Positions 9,594-20,608 are shown, counted from the first letter of the stretch. The stretch: DNA of 64,000 bases from Acidobacteriota bacterium (GCA_965248695.1 CBDFKD010000002.1:1536001-1600000); one strand, 5' to 3'. Notes: generated by a model not told the origin, from the sequence alone. Numbers and translations are program-made.

Positions 9594-10040
9594 TCAGACG
9601 TCGGCGCCTGACGCCGATCCGCGCCACCGCTGCGCCAACGTGTGCACCGCAATGGCCAGCGGCATGGCGGCGAACGTGAGAACAACCAGACTGGCGAGAG
9701 GTAGCACGATCAGCGTCGTCAGGGCATTGGCGGGATATGACGCCGGTGGGGCGCCCTCCATCGCCGCCAGCATGCGGCCGGTGCCGACCAGAATCCCCGG
9801 CGCAGCGATCAACGCCTGGATGGTCAGGTTCTGAACTCCGATCCTGCCGCTCAACTCGCCCGAGCTCGCCACCGCCGCGCTGGTCGCCGCCAGCATCCAG
9901 CCCAGGAACCAGAGACCCAGAATCGTCGACCAGGTCTCCAGTGCCCCGGGCCATCTCCCTGGCGGCAACAGAAACCGCAACACTGCCACCGCCCCGACCA
10001 GCAGCATGAAGCTCCGCTCAGCACGAAACAGCGTGCGCAT
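9594..10040 (-). CDS. Hypothetical membrane protein
   Basis: Hydrophobic ORF directly upstream of the copper chaperone genes. Confidence 0.55.
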   Translation of the reverse strand: MRTLFRAERSFMLLVGAVAVLRFLLPPGRWPGALETWSTILGLWFLGWMLAATSAAVASSGELSGRIGVQNLTIQALIAAPGILVGTGRMLAAMEGAPPASYPANALTTLIVLPLASLVVLTFAAMPLAIAVHTLAQRWRGSASGADV

Positions 10041-10184
10041 GTCGGTCAAATTCAAGCTCCTGCGGATCGGCAGCGGATCTGCTTGCCGGATTCCCGAATC
10101 AGGCACTCTCCTACGGATCGGGCGGCGCCGGTGGCCAGGATCCTATCGCGCCCGGGACGGCCCCACATCGACTACGATGCCTGC

Positions 10185-11222
10185 ATGGGCACCTGGGATC
10201 AGGTCCGCACGCTGACCGTCGAGATCGAGGGCTACGACCTTTCCGGGCACGTCAGTGACTGGCGTCGCACGAGCGTGATACGTCTCTTTGGCGGCGGCCA
10301 CGAAGGCCTCGGGGAGGATCCGAACTACGAGCCTTCCGAGCAGGAGGCCTTCCAGAGCGCCGGCCCGACTCTACCTCTGAGCGAACACCGAACGCTCGAT
10401 GAGCTGTCCTCGCTGCTCGATACGCTCCCCGTGTTTGCCACCCCGCCAACGTATCCGGGCACAGAGCACTATCGCCGCTGGGCCTTCGAGAGCGCCGCGC
10501 TCGACCTGGCGTTGCGCCAGTCAGGCCTCAGCCTGGCGCTGCAGTTGGAGCTCGACGTGCGACCACTGACGTTCGTGTCGTCCTTGCATCTGGACTCTCC
10601 GGACAAGATGCCGCGCCTTCGCGCACTGCTCGAAGCACAGCCGGGGCTGGAGCTGAAGCTCGATGCCACCGACGTGTGGACCGATGAGCTGATCGACGAG
10701 CTGGCCGGCACGGGCGCGGTGCGGGTAGTCGACTTCAAGGGCGCCTACCACGGCACCCCGGTCGATCAGACCGCCGACCCGGCGCTCTACCGCCGCGTTC
10801 TGGACGGGCTGCCGGGCAACGTGCTGATCGAGGATCCACATGGCGAGCCGGCGATCGAGGCAATGCTGGAGCCGCACCGTCACCGGGTGACGTGGGACGC
10901 GCCGATCCATTCGCTCGAAGACATCCGGGCGCTGCGCCACCAGCCGCAGATCATCAACTTCAAGCCCTCGCGCTTCGGAACGCTGCAACGGCTGTTCGAT
11001 GCCTATGATTACTGCCTTGAGGTCGGCATCGACATCTACGGCGGGGGCCAGTTCGAGCTCGGAATCGGCCGTGACCAGATTCAGTACCTTGCGGCGATGT
11101 TTCACCCGCACGCGCCCAACGACGTGGCGCCGTCGGCATACAACACCAGCGATACGTTCGACGATCTGCCCGGCACACCGCTGGAGCTGCGACCGGCGGC
11201 GACCGGGTTTCGCCTCGACTGA
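10185..11222 (+). CDS. Enolase-superfamily (mandelate racemase/muconate lactonizing-like) protein
   Basis: ESAALDLAL, LKLD, IEDP, INFKPSRFG, YGGGQFELG. Confidence 0.7.
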   Translation: MGTWDQVRTLTVEIEGYDLSGHVSDWRRTSVIRLFGGGHEGLGEDPNYEPSEQEAFQSAGPTLPLSEHRTLDELSSLLDTLPVFATPPTYPGTEHYRRWAFESAALDLALRQSGLSLALQLELDVRPLTFVSSLHLDSPDKMPRLRALLEAQPGLELKLDATDVWTDELIDELAGTGAVRVVDFKGAYHGTPVDQTADPALYRRVLDGLPGNVLIEDPHGEPAIEAMLEPHRHRVTWDAPIHSLEDIRALRHQPQIINFKPSRFGTLQRLFDAYDYCLEVGIDIYGGGQFELGIGRDQIQYLAAMFHPHAPNDVAPSAYNTSDTFDDLPGTPLELRPAATGFRLD

Positions 11223-11250
11223 GCCAACGAGATCGAAGCGAGAAGCTGAC

Positions 11251-12561
11251 ATGTTGGCGTCCCCACACCCACCAGAATCCTCCCGCGCCGGCTGGTGGCC
11301 ACGTCTACTGCTCGTCTCGCTGGCCTCGCTGGCGACCGTCGCCTGCGGCAACTCCCTCTACCTTCGCGCCGGATTCGATTCGGTTCCCGAACCCGCGACG
11401 CCGGCATGGCGCCTCGTGCTGCTGGGTGACGGCGGCGACGACAACGCGGCGCGCACGGCCGTGCTTGCCGCAGCGAGCGACTACGTGGCCGAAGCGCCAG
11501 AGCGCACTACGATCATCTGGCTGGGGGACAACCTGTACAGCCGCGGTCTTCCCGCCGACGACGAGACGGACGCCGAATCGATTGCCGAGCGCCAGCGCGG
11601 CGAGCTCGTGTTACGAGCCCAGATGGAACTGGGGACGGCGGGCGGACGAGCCTACTTCGTCCCCGGCAATCACGACTGGGATCGCTCGGGTCGGCGCGGT
11701 CTGGCGCGAGTCCGCGCCGCCGACCGTTTCATCGCCACCGGACCTGCGTCACGGCAGGCACCGCCAGACGGCTGCCCGGGCCCGGTCTGGGTCGACCTGG
11801 AGCCCGGCGCCAGCGCAAATGCAATCGATGCGCCGACGATCCGTTTGCTGTTCATCGATACGGAGTGGCTATTGACTACCGAGCACGCGCGCGGCTGGGA
11901 GGGATGCTCTTGGGGTCGCCTCGATGCCGGCAGCGAATACGCCGGCGTCGAGGCCGAGCCGGCGCAAGTCTACGGCAGGCTCGTGCAAGGGCTGCGGGAA
12001 GCAGACGAGCATGAGCTCCTGACGGTGGTCGCCGGCCACCATCCGATCTACACCGCGGGATCGCATGGTGGGTTCTTTCCGCTCGACGAGTGGATCTTCT
12101 CGCCGCGGATGCTCAAGAAGTGGGCGTGGATTCCGATCCCGGTGCTCGGGCCGCTGCTGCGCAGGATCGGCGGCGCAAGTAGGGGACAGGACCTCTGGGC
12201 CGCCAGTAACAAGGAGATGGTGAGCAGCCTGCAGAACGCTTTCGCCAGCTATCCGCCGCTGCTATACGCCGCCGGACACGAGCATGACCTCCAGGTGTTC
12301 CGCGACCGGGGCACCCTACCGACCACCTACGCAATCAGCGGTAGCGCCTCCAAATCGACGCCTACCTCGCGGCGCGACAACACGCTCTTCAAGAGCCGTG
12401 ACCATGGCTTCATGGTGCTGGAGGCGTCCGCCGACAGTGTTCGAGCTGATGGCGCCCGGTTGCGTGTGGTGGCGGTGGACAAGGAGTCCGGCCGCCGGCG
12501 GGTACCGTTCTGCGCCGATCTGTTTCGCCGGCGCCCCGCCGCTGCCTGCGACGGATCCTGA
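11251..12561 (+). CDS. Calcineurin-like metallophosphoesterase (likely lipoprotein)
   Basis: LLGDGG, WLGDNLY, VPGNHDW, GHHP, AAGHEH motifs. Confidence 0.85.
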   Translation: MLASPHPPESSRAGWWPRLLLVSLASLATVACGNSLYLRAGFDSVPEPATPAWRLVLLGDGGDDNAARTAVLAAASDYVAEAPERTTIIWLGDNLYSRGLPADDETDAESIAERQRGELVLRAQMELGTAGGRAYFVPGNHDWDRSGRRGLARVRAADRFIATGPASRQAPPDGCPGPVWVDLEPGASANAIDAPTIRLLFIDTEWLLTTEHARGWEGCSWGRLDAGSEYAGVEAEPAQVYGRLVQGLREADEHELLTVVAGHHPIYTAGSHGGFFPLDEWIFSPRMLKKWAWIPIPVLGPLLRRIGGASRGQDLWAASNKEMVSSLQNAFASYPPLLYAAGHEHDLQVFRDRGTLPTTYAISGSASKSTPTSRRDNTLFKSRDHGFMVLEASADSVRADGARLRVVAVDKESGRRRVPFCADLFRRRPAAACDGS

Positions 12562-12622
12562 CTCCGTTCGTGGTCCTCTCGGCCTGCCCCATCGAGCACG
12601 TTGATACGCGCCGTCGGACGAG

Positions 12623-13000
12623 CTACCGCGATGCGTAGACCAAGAACGAGCCGGCGAACATGGCCAGCGATCCGTAGAGACGTGTCGCCACGCTCCCCTG
12701 TCGCTGGGCGAAGCGCGTCAGCGCCACCAGCCGCGATGCGTCGGACAACGCCAAACCGGCAACTAGCACCATTGCGGCGCCGAGCACCCGCGCCAACGTC
12801 GGCAGGCGACTGCCACCACCGGCGACCAGCAGCAAGATGCCCGCCACCAGCTTCGCGATCACTACGGCACGCAGCCACCCGCCTTCCTCGATGTGACGAA
12901 TCGCCTCGGTCACCCGCGTCGGCGAGCGCATCGCCGTGATGCCGATCATCGCGATCACGATGCCGATCAACTGCACGGCGACGTTCAGCACCGGGGTCAT
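12623..13000 (-). CDS. Hypothetical membrane protein
   Basis: Four hydrophobic segments; ATGA overlap with upstream peptidase stop. Confidence 0.6.
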   Translation of the reverse strand: MTPVLNVAVQLIGIVIAMIGITAMRSPTRVTEAIRHIEEGGWLRAVVIAKLVAGILLLVAGGGSRLPTLARVLGAAMVLVAGLALSDASRLVALTRFAQRQGSVATRLYGSLAMFAGSFLVYASR

Positions 13001-14100
13001 GTTCCGATGACTCGCAGCTGGCGCGGGAAGGACGTGAGGCTGACGGGCCCTTCGTCGGTGACCCAGATGTCGTCTTCGATGCGGACTCCGCCCCACCCCT
13101 CCATGTAGAGGCCGGGCTCGACGGTGATCACTGTTCCGGCTCCGAGCGGATCGTGATTCCCCTCCATCACCGACGGGGGCTCGTGGATGTCCACCCCCAG
13201 CCCATGGCCGGTGCGGTGCTTGAAATATCCGCTGAACTCTTCCGCCTGCAGGGGTGCGGCAGCGGCCATGTGGACATCGTGCGCCGTGGTACCGACGCTG
13301 GCGCGCGCACAGCCGGCGGCATTGCCGGCGCGCACCGCTTCGTAGACGGCGCGTTGACGCTCATCCGGCTCGGCGCCGACAACGAAGGTGCGAGTGATGT
13401 CGCTGTGGTAACCGTCGTAGCTGGTGCCGAAATCGATCAGCAGGAAATCACCTACTGCCAGCGGCCGCTCGTCCGGTGTGCCGTGGGGCAGGGCGCTCTT
13501 GGGGCCCCCCAGAACGATGGGGCCGAACGAGATTCCCTCGCCTCCCTTGCCGAGCATCCTGCCGATGAGCTCGGCGGCAACCTGCTTTTCGGTCATGCCC
13601 ACACGCACCAGCTGAAGGGTCTCCTCCAGCGCCGCTTCGCAGATCTCGGCCGCCGTGCGAATACGCCCTGCCTCGTCGGCGTCCTTGAACTGTCGTAGTG
13701 AGTTGACCGCCGTGTCGGCCGAGACGACGCGTGCTCCCGGCAGATGCTGTTGGAGCACCGACACCTCCATGTATCGCAAGCCGAGCGGCTCGATGGCCAC
13801 GGTCTTGGCGCCGGCAAAGCGCGCGCAGGCGGCGGCGGCGGCTTCGTGAGGTCCATCCTTGTCGTCCCACAACCACACCTGCGGCACACCCGGAACCGAG
13901 GTGGACCAGTTGTTCTCCTCCAGCAAAGGGACCACGGCACCGGGCTCTCCCTCGGCGGGTACGAAAAGTAGGAACAGGCGCTCGTGGGAGTCGAACGAGT
14001 GGCCGGTGAAGTAGGTCATGCTCGGCCCGGGGTTGAGCACCACCAGGTCGGCACCGGCGGCCCCAGCCGCCCGCTGCAGGGCGCCTATGCGGTCGGTCAT
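12997..14100 (-). CDS. pepQ: Xaa-Pro dipeptidase (M24B)
   Basis: ALPHG, LIDFG...YHSDITRT, HRTGHGLG..IHE, TVEPGLY, GVRIEDD. Confidence 0.88.
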   Translation of the reverse strand: MTDRIGALQRAAGAAGADLVVLNPGPSMTYFTGHSFDSHERLFLLFVPAEGEPGAVVPLLEENNWSTSVPGVPQVWLWDDKDGPHEAAAAACARFAGAKTVAIEPLGLRYMEVSVLQQHLPGARVVSADTAVNSLRQFKDADEAGRIRTAAEICEAALEETLQLVRVGMTEKQVAAELIGRMLGKGGEGISFGPIVLGGPKSALPHGTPDERPLAVGDFLLIDFGTSYDGYHSDITRTFVVGAEPDERQRAVYEAVRAGNAAGCARASVGTTAHDVHMAAAAPLQAEEFSGYFKHRTGHGLGVDIHEPPSVMEGNHDPLGAGTVITVEPGLYMEGWGGVRIEDDIWVTDEGPVSLTSFPRQLRVIGT

Positions 14101-14214
14101 CCTCTCCTCCGGGGGGTTCGCGCGTACCGGCGACGGATATGGTGCGCGCGATCATATCGCACCGTATATCAACTAGGATGGGCGCCCTGACACCACTCAG
14201 CTCAGGAGTACTCG

Positions 14215-15186
14215 ATGTCCGCGCGCGCCACTGTTGCTCCGTTGCTTGTTGCCGTCTCCGTAGTCGGCTTGTCGTCGTGGGCGGCGCAGGAAACCACCGG
14301 CAGCACGGCGAATGATGCCGCACCGACGCGCATGGCGGAGTCGGCGGCGACGCGCAAGAAGGTCCTGCTAATCGGCATCGATGGAATCCGTGTCGACATG
14401 CTGGCGCGGGCGGACACTCCCAATCTCGATGCGTTGATCGCCGCCGGGGCGTTCTCGGCCGACGCCCGCACCAGGCCGATCACGGTCAGCGGCCCCGGAT
14501 GGTCGAGCATGCTGACCGGCGTGTGGATGGAGAAGCACCGAGTCGAGAGCAACGACTTCACCGGCAACAACTACGCCGAGTACCCGGATTTCCTGACCCG
14601 TATCGAGCAGGTTCGCCCGCAGCTCAGCACCTACGCGGTGATCCACTGGCCGGCAATGGGAACAACCGCCGACGGCGGCCCGATGATCAGTCGGCTCGTA
14701 GACGTGCTGGTAAACATCAACGGCGACGCCATCGGCTATGCGACCGCGGACGCCGAGGTGGTGTCGATCGCCAGCCATTACCTGCGCGTCGGTGATCCGG
14801 ACGCCAGCTTTGTGTACATGACCAACACCGACAGCGTGGCGCATGAGACGGACTCGTTCTCGCCCGAATACCGCGCTGCCGTCGAGCTCGCCGATCGTCG
14901 CGTTGGCGAGCTCGTTGCGGCGGTAAAGGCGCGCCCCACCTACGCCCAGGAGGACTGGCTGATCCTCTCCAGCACCGACCACGGGCGCGCCGACGATGGT
15001 AGTCACGGCGAGAACTCGATCGAAGAGCTGACCATTTACTACCTGGCCAGTGGCCCCTCGGCCGATCCGGCGGCGTTGGCCGCCCCGCCCCACATCGTCG
15101 ACATCGCGCCCACGGCGCTGGCACACCTGGGCATCGAGGTCGATCCGGCGTGGGACCTGGACGGGCGCGTCAACGGGCTTCGCTAG
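14215..15186 (+). CDS. Alkaline phosphatase/nucleotide pyrophosphatase family protein
   Basis: IGIDGIR, SGPGWSSMLTG, STDHG, signal peptide. Confidence 0.85.
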   Translation: MSARATVAPLLVAVSVVGLSSWAAQETTGSTANDAAPTRMAESAATRKKVLLIGIDGIRVDMLARADTPNLDALIAAGAFSADARTRPITVSGPGWSSMLTGVWMEKHRVESNDFTGNNYAEYPDFLTRIEQVRPQLSTYAVIHWPAMGTTADGGPMISRLVDVLVNINGDAIGYATADAEVVSIASHYLRVGDPDASFVYMTNTDSVAHETDSFSPEYRAAVELADRRVGELVAAVKARPTYAQEDWLILSSTDHGRADDGSHGENSIEELTIYYLASGPSADPAALAAPPHIVDIAPTALAHLGIEVDPAWDLDGRVNGLR

Positions 15187-15294
15187 GCGCAAGCTCTCGG
15201 CACCGCGGCGACCGAGGTGACGGCGGCGGGTGCTAGGGTCCTACGCTGTTCGTCGAATCTCAAACACACTAGATCGGTACCGGGAGCAGAGAAC

Positions 15295-17814
15295 ATGCGG
15301 TCGCGCACGGGTATAGTCGCAGTGGCATTGGCGTCAGTTGCGGGCGGGTGTGGTGACCGCCTAGCACCCGATACCAGACCGCCGGTGCCGACTTTCTGCG
15401 GAAACTCTGCAGCAGAGCAACTGAATCCGTCTGTCCCTCCCTACGACTTCCGGGTGCAGGCCGGAATCAACTCTTCGGATACGCTCCACGACGCTTTGAT
15501 CCGGGTCAGGGCAGAGCTCTCGTACACCGGCGACTCCGATCGGAACGGGGACGAGATCACAACGATTTGTGTCGATCCTGGTACGTATCCGGGGGGTGTT
15601 GTGATCGATCTGAACGATTTCGATCACCCGTTGTTCATCTATGGCGCAGCGGGAAGCAGTTTCACCAGCATCTCGGGAGTACAACCGCACGAAGTGGCCC
15701 ACCATGCCATTGCGATTCGAGGAATTCGCACTGGTTTCTTGGGGGAGTCGGCGCCCGCCGCCGCCGGACCGGGGGAGGAGCCTGTCTTTCGCCCGGCGCG
15801 TCCGGAAGTCACACTGCGGGGCCTCGACATCTCGGGTTGGGATCGCTTCAACGCTAGCGATGGGCTCGAACAGGATGACCACGGTGGCGGTGCAATCTTC
15901 GCCGACTACGCGTTCGTTCGCCTCGAAGAGGACGTCTTCGGCGCCAACGGGAGGCACCCTCGCGGCGGAGCCGTAGCTGCCGACTCCGCCACGCTGGAGA
16001 TTCACCTCACCGAGCTACGCGGCAATAACAGCGTTGCCGGGGGCGCCGTGGCAGTGCATCAGACCGACTTGTCTGTGACCGACTGCCAACTGACGGACAA
16101 CACAGCCAGCGGGTATGGCGGAGCGATCTTCGTCGAGGGATTCGACACCGCGGTTGCTCAACGGCCAGTTGAGCTCCGAGTGTCTGGTTCGACGTTCGAG
16201 AACAACGAGGCCAGCAATGAGGGCAGCTTCTATTCCGCTGGCGGTGCGCTGTTGATCAGCAGAGAGGTAGATGCTGAGATCGAGGACTCGTCCTTCGTAG
16301 GTAACGCCGCGCTCAGTCCGCAGTCGACGTCACAAGGATTAGGGACAACAGGTGGTGCCATTCAGATCGGGCAACAGATTACCGGCAGCGTTCACATCAC
16401 GAGGGTAGCGTTTGAGGAAAACCGAGCACGGGACGCAGGAGGCGCGATCTGGGCCTCCGCCGGCACCGTGCCCGTCGTGATAGAGGAGAGTTCGTTCGTA
16501 GGCAACGAAACCCTGGTTCCGGTGATCGGAGGCGGAGGCGCCATCTCCACCGGGCGTCCGTTTTCGATCTCGAGCACGCACTTCGAAGGAAACGCGGCGT
16601 GGTTCGGCGGTGCAATCGCCAGCGGAGCCGATCTCGTTGTAGACGCGGACTCCACGTTCGACCTCAATCACGCAGAAACCCACGGTGGTGGGATTCGCGC
16701 GTTCGGCAGCGCCTCGGTGCAGCTTACTGATGCGGTCTTCACCAACAACAACGCCGGAACCGGGGATGGAGGCGCCATCCGCTCCACGGGGGACGACCTG
16801 ATCGTCGAGAACGTCGAGTTCATCGAGAACACCGCCGCCGATGAAGGAGGTGCTGTGTCGTTCGTTTTCGGCCCCACCACTCCCCTTGATTTGCTCAGCC
16901 TCAGCAACGTCACCTTCGAGGGCAACGCCGCTGGCTCCGACGGCGGCGGCCTGAGGGTAAGTTGCGGGAATGTCGTGACCTTGTCCGGTATCGCACTTCT
17001 GCAGAACACCGATTTCGTCGACAACGAGTCCGGAGGGCGCGGAGGTGGGGTGTTCTCCCTCAACTGCATCCTCTCCCGCCTCGGAGGGACCTATTCGGGC
17101 AACTCCGCCGTGCTCGAGGGCGGAGCGATCTACTCGGGGGATCCAGCTCCGGGCACAGCGGGACCATCGAGCCTTTTCCAGGTCGACCTACGTGGCAACT
17201 CGGCGCCGCTGGGCGGGGCCATCTACAGCTCGCGTAACCATCTCCGGCTCGCCAATGTGCTGGTGGTGGAGAACGAAGCCTCCCACGGCTCGATCTACCT
17301 GCACGGGCCCAGCGCTAATGACGTTCCGCCGCTCGACCTGAGCTTCGTGACCGTGGCGGGCAACCAAGGTCTGCTCCGCGGCGGGATCGTATGTTCTGAA
17401 CCGGCATCGATACTCGCGGACTGTTTCGGTCCCACCATCAACAACTCGGTCATTGCTTTCAATGAGCACACCGCGACGTTCCCCAGCCTGGTGCTCGGCC
17501 AGGTTTCGGGTACCGCTCTCGGGTCGAACAACATCGTCTACGGGGGCTCGCCGCTCCCCTCAGGAGCCCCTGGTTGGCAGAGCAACCACGGTTTCGTGGC
17601 CGACGGCAACAACTCCTATCCGTATACAGACGACTGGCCCTTTGACACGTCGGTATACGCGGTCGGTACGTACGACTACCATCCGGATGCGGCGCTCTGT
17701 GCGGCGGGCCCCTGCAGCCCGCTAGTTAATGCCGCAGATCCTGCCCAAGGCCTCGATGCCGACGGCTCACTACCAGACATCGGAGCCTACGGGGGACCGG
17801 ACGGCGTCTGGTAG
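15295..17814 (+). CDS. Lipoprotein with polymorphic-membrane-protein-type (GGAI/FxxN) beta-helix repeats
   Basis: Lipobox AGGC; many FxxN..GGAI repeats; C-terminal SPLVNAAD...DIGAYG. Confidence 0.8.
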   Translation: MRSRTGIVAVALASVAGGCGDRLAPDTRPPVPTFCGNSAAEQLNPSVPPYDFRVQAGINSSDTLHDALIRVRAELSYTGDSDRNGDEITTICVDPGTYPGGVVIDLNDFDHPLFIYGAAGSSFTSISGVQPHEVAHHAIAIRGIRTGFLGESAPAAAGPGEEPVFRPARPEVTLRGLDISGWDRFNASDGLEQDDHGGGAIFADYAFVRLEEDVFGANGRHPRGGAVAADSATLEIHLTELRGNNSVAGGAVAVHQTDLSVTDCQLTDNTASGYGGAIFVEGFDTAVAQRPVELRVSGSTFENNEASNEGSFYSAGGALLISREVDAEIEDSSFVGNAALSPQSTSQGLGTTGGAIQIGQQITGSVHITRVAFEENRARDAGGAIWASAGTVPVVIEESSFVGNETLVPVIGGGGAISTGRPFSISSTHFEGNAAWFGGAIASGADLVVDADSTFDLNHAETHGGGIRAFGSASVQLTDAVFTNNNAGTGDGGAIRSTGDDLIVENVEFIENTAADEGGAVSFVFGPTTPLDLLSLSNVTFEGNAAGSDGGGLRVSCGNVVTLSGIALLQNTDFVDNESGGRGGGVFSLNCILSRLGGTYSGNSAVLEGGAIYSGDPAPGTAGPSSLFQVDLRGNSAPLGGAIYSSRNHLRLANVLVVENEASHGSIYLHGPSANDVPPLDLSFVTVAGNQGLLRGGIVCSEPASILADCFGPTINNSVIAFNEHTATFPSLVLGQVSGTALGSNNIVYGGSPLPSGAPGWQSNHGFVADGNNSYPYTDDWPFDTSVYAVGTYDYHPDAALCAAGPCSPLVNAADPAQGLDADGSLPDIGAYGGPDGVW

Positions 17815-17854
17815 CACACTCCTCGCCCAGGCACGCAGATGCTCCCGGGGCCGC

Positions 17855-19555
17855 TCAGATGGGTTTGATCGTCGGATAGACAGGATCCCAGATCCACGAC
17901 GCCACCGCGCCGGGGATTCCCTCCTCCGGCATGTCGGCCACCCCATCGTCGACCGCCGCCCGTGCAACCTCCTCGGCGATCTTGCAGGTAACTTGTCGCA
18001 GCTGGCTCACGGGCGGGTAGAGCGCCCCGGCAGCGAGATCGGCATCGGTCACCTGCGCCGCCAGCGCGGTGGCGGCAGCTGCGAACATCGAATCGCTGAT
18101 GGTGCGCGCGCTCACGGCGAGCGCGCCCAGGCCAACCCCGGGAAAGATGTAGACGTTGTTGCCCTGTGACACGTTGACCAGCCGATCTTCGATCTGAACA
18201 GGTGGGAACGGGCTTCCCGTCGCCACCAGCGCACGGCCCGCGGTCCAGGCAAAAATGTCCTCTGGTGTTGCCTCGCTCTTCTTCGTCGGGTTCGAGAACG
18301 GGAAGATCGCTGGACGTTCAACGCTATCTGCCATCTTGCGAACAATCGGCTTGGTGAACGCCCCGGGCTGACCTGTGGTGCCAATCAGCACGGTCGGCTT
18401 GTACTGTTCCACGACGCGCTCGAGACCCGGCGGCGGATCGTCGGTGAGCCCGAATGAGGCGGTGATCGGTGCCGGCCAGGCGAAGGCGCGCTTGTGCGCG
18501 TCGAGCCCCGGACGCGAATCGACCAGGAGTCCGCCGCTGTCGAGCATGGCGACCCTGGCGATCAGCTCATCACCCTCCAACCCTTCGTTCGCGAGGGCGT
18601 CGCGCAGCAGACCCGCGATGCCGGCACCGGCTGCACCGGCGCCGAGAATCGCCACCCGCTGCTCGCGTAGCGGCGTTCCCGTAGCGCGACATGCGGCCAG
18701 GATGCCCGCAAGAGCGATTGCGGCCGTCCCCTGAATGTCGTCGTTGAACGACGGCAGCACCTCACGGTAACGGTGCAGCAGGTCGAACGCGTTGGCCTTC
18801 TTGAAATCCTCCCATTGCAGGATCGCGTTGGGATAGCACTCGCGTACCGCCTGCACGAACTCGTCGACGAGCTCGTCGTACAGCTGGCCTCGCAGGCGCG
18901 AATGGCGCCAACCGAGGTACTTGGGATCGTCGAGCAGAGCGGCATTGTCGGTGCCCACATCGAGGCTTATCGGCAACGTCCGCGTCGGATGCAACCCGGC
19001 GGCAGCGGTATACAGCGCCAGCTTGCCGATCGGTATCGACATGCCGCCGGCGCCGAGATCGCCGAGTCCTAAGATGCGTTCGTTGTCGGTAACCACGATC
19101 AGTCGGATATCGGCCTTGATCTGCCGCAGCACGTCAACAATCCGGCCGCGATGCTCGGGGGTAATCCACCGCCCGCGCCCGCGACGGAAGATGTGGCTGA
19201 AGTTGCGGCTGGCGGAACCGACAGTCGGTGTGTAAACGATCGGCATCAACTCCTCGAGTCGATCCAGCAGCAGCCTGAAAAACAGCGTCTCGTTGCGGTC
19301 CTGAAGGTCCGCGAGCTCGACGTACTTGCCGAGCGGATGCTCGGTGTGCTTGAGCGAATCGACCTCGCGATCCAGCTGCTGGTCGATGTTGACCAACCCG
19401 GGTGGAAGCAGGCCTTCGAGGCGAAGCTCGGTGCGCTCGCGCGGCGTGAAGGCCGAGCCCTTGTTGATCAGCGGGTCGCGCAGCACATCGCGGCCGCGCT
19501 TGGCCACCTCGGCCGTAACCGTACCGTCCGAATTCCTTACGAAACGTGAGTGCAC
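17855..19555 (-). CDS. maeA: NAD-dependent malic enzyme
   Basis: PIVYTPTVG, VTDNERILGLGDLG, QWEDF, FNDDIQGT, GAGAAG, QGNNVYIFPG; start placed at GTG 19555. Confidence 0.92.
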   Translation of the reverse strand: MHSRFVRNSDGTVTAEVAKRGRDVLRDPLINKGSAFTPRERTELRLEGLLPPGLVNIDQQLDREVDSLKHTEHPLGKYVELADLQDRNETLFFRLLLDRLEELMPIVYTPTVGSASRNFSHIFRRGRGRWITPEHRGRIVDVLRQIKADIRLIVVTDNERILGLGDLGAGGMSIPIGKLALYTAAAGLHPTRTLPISLDVGTDNAALLDDPKYLGWRHSRLRGQLYDELVDEFVQAVRECYPNAILQWEDFKKANAFDLLHRYREVLPSFNDDIQGTAAIALAGILAACRATGTPLREQRVAILGAGAAGAGIAGLLRDALANEGLEGDELIARVAMLDSGGLLVDSRPGLDAHKRAFAWPAPITASFGLTDDPPPGLERVVEQYKPTVLIGTTGQPGAFTKPIVRKMADSVERPAIFPFSNPTKKSEATPEDIFAWTAGRALVATGSPFPPVQIEDRLVNVSQGNNVYIFPGVGLGALAVSARTISDSMFAAAATALAAQVTDADLAAGALYPPVSQLRQVTCKIAEEVARAAVDDGVADMPEEGIPGAVASWIWDPVYPTIKPI

Positions 19556-19718
19556 AAGCCCTCTGCTCGCTGCAGTAACGAGACGCTGGCAGGCCGTTTG
19601 TCGAAGTTCGTGGCGGCGCGCCGGGGTGAGGCGGCCTGGTAGTGTCTCGACCTGTTTCCGATCGCCACGCAGCTGGTCGGCGACCGCCATTCTAACCGAA
19701 GTCCCATGGATCCGGTTG

Positions 19719-20432
19719 ATGCGTAAGATCCTACTGTTCAGCACTTCGACGGTGCACGGAACGCCATACCTGCGGTACGCGATCCCGTACATGCATCGGT
19801 TCCTCGGCGACGTCGACTCCATTCTGTTCGTTCCCTTCGCCCGCCCGGGTGGCATCAGTCACGATCGCTACACTGCGATGTTCCGCAGCTGTATGGAGAA
19901 CCACGGCTACAAGGTCAACGGGATCCACGAGACCTCGGATCCAGTGGAAGGGCTGGAAGCCGCGCCGGCCGTGTTCGTTGGCGGCGGCAACACGTTCGTG
20001 CTGCTGAGGGAGCTCTACGAACAGGACCTGATCGGCGCACTGCGCCAGCGGGTGGAAGGCGGCATGCCCTACATCGGCAGCAGCGCCGGATCGAACGTTG
20101 CCGGCCTCAGCGTGGGGACAACCAACGACATGCCCATCGTGTTCCCGCCATCGTTCGAGGCCCTAGGGTTGGTGCCGTTCAACATCAACCCGCACTATCT
20201 CGACCCCGAGCCCGGATCCACCCACATGGGCGAGACACGCCCGACGCGAATCAAGGAGTTCCACGCGTTCAACTCCCAACCGGTGGTAGGGCTACGCGAG
20301 GGCGCGCTGCTGGAGATCGCGAGCGACTCCATGCGCCTCGAGGGGACCAACGGTGGCCGGCTCTTTCGGCCGCAGAGCGAGGCCGAAGAGCTCGAGGCCG
20401 GCGCCCGGCTCGACCACCTGCTGCAAGGCTGA
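19719..20432 (+). CDS. pepE: Dipeptidase E (S51)
   Basis: FVGGGNTF, YIGSSAGSN, TTNDMPI, NINPHY, HMGETR. Confidence 0.93.
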   Translation: MRKILLFSTSTVHGTPYLRYAIPYMHRFLGDVDSILFVPFARPGGISHDRYTAMFRSCMENHGYKVNGIHETSDPVEGLEAAPAVFVGGGNTFVLLRELYEQDLIGALRQRVEGGMPYIGSSAGSNVAGLSVGTTNDMPIVFPPSFEALGLVPFNINPHYLDPEPGSTHMGETRPTRIKEFHAFNSQPVVGLREGALLEIASDSMRLEGTNGGRLFRPQSEAEELEAGARLDHLLQG

Positions 20433-20608
20433 GGCGGACTCCGGTACGCTGCGTCACATAGGTTCGCCGGCGGGGCGCCCCTGTTGACAACCGATTTGAT
20501 AAGATTCTCGATGGAATTGTTGAGAAAGTCAGCCATCGGTTGAGCCTGCGCAGGGGCGCGTGAGCTCGCTGATGCGCCACGCCAGCCCCTGCTCAGGAGT
20601 TTCCTCCC

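Noticed and set aside
19556-19855. N-terminal extension of malic enzyme
   Set aside because: It overlaps the divergent pepE gene and has no malic-enzyme character
20484-20530. Sigma70 promoter at TTGACA 20484
   Set aside because: No convincing -10 at 16-18 bp spacing
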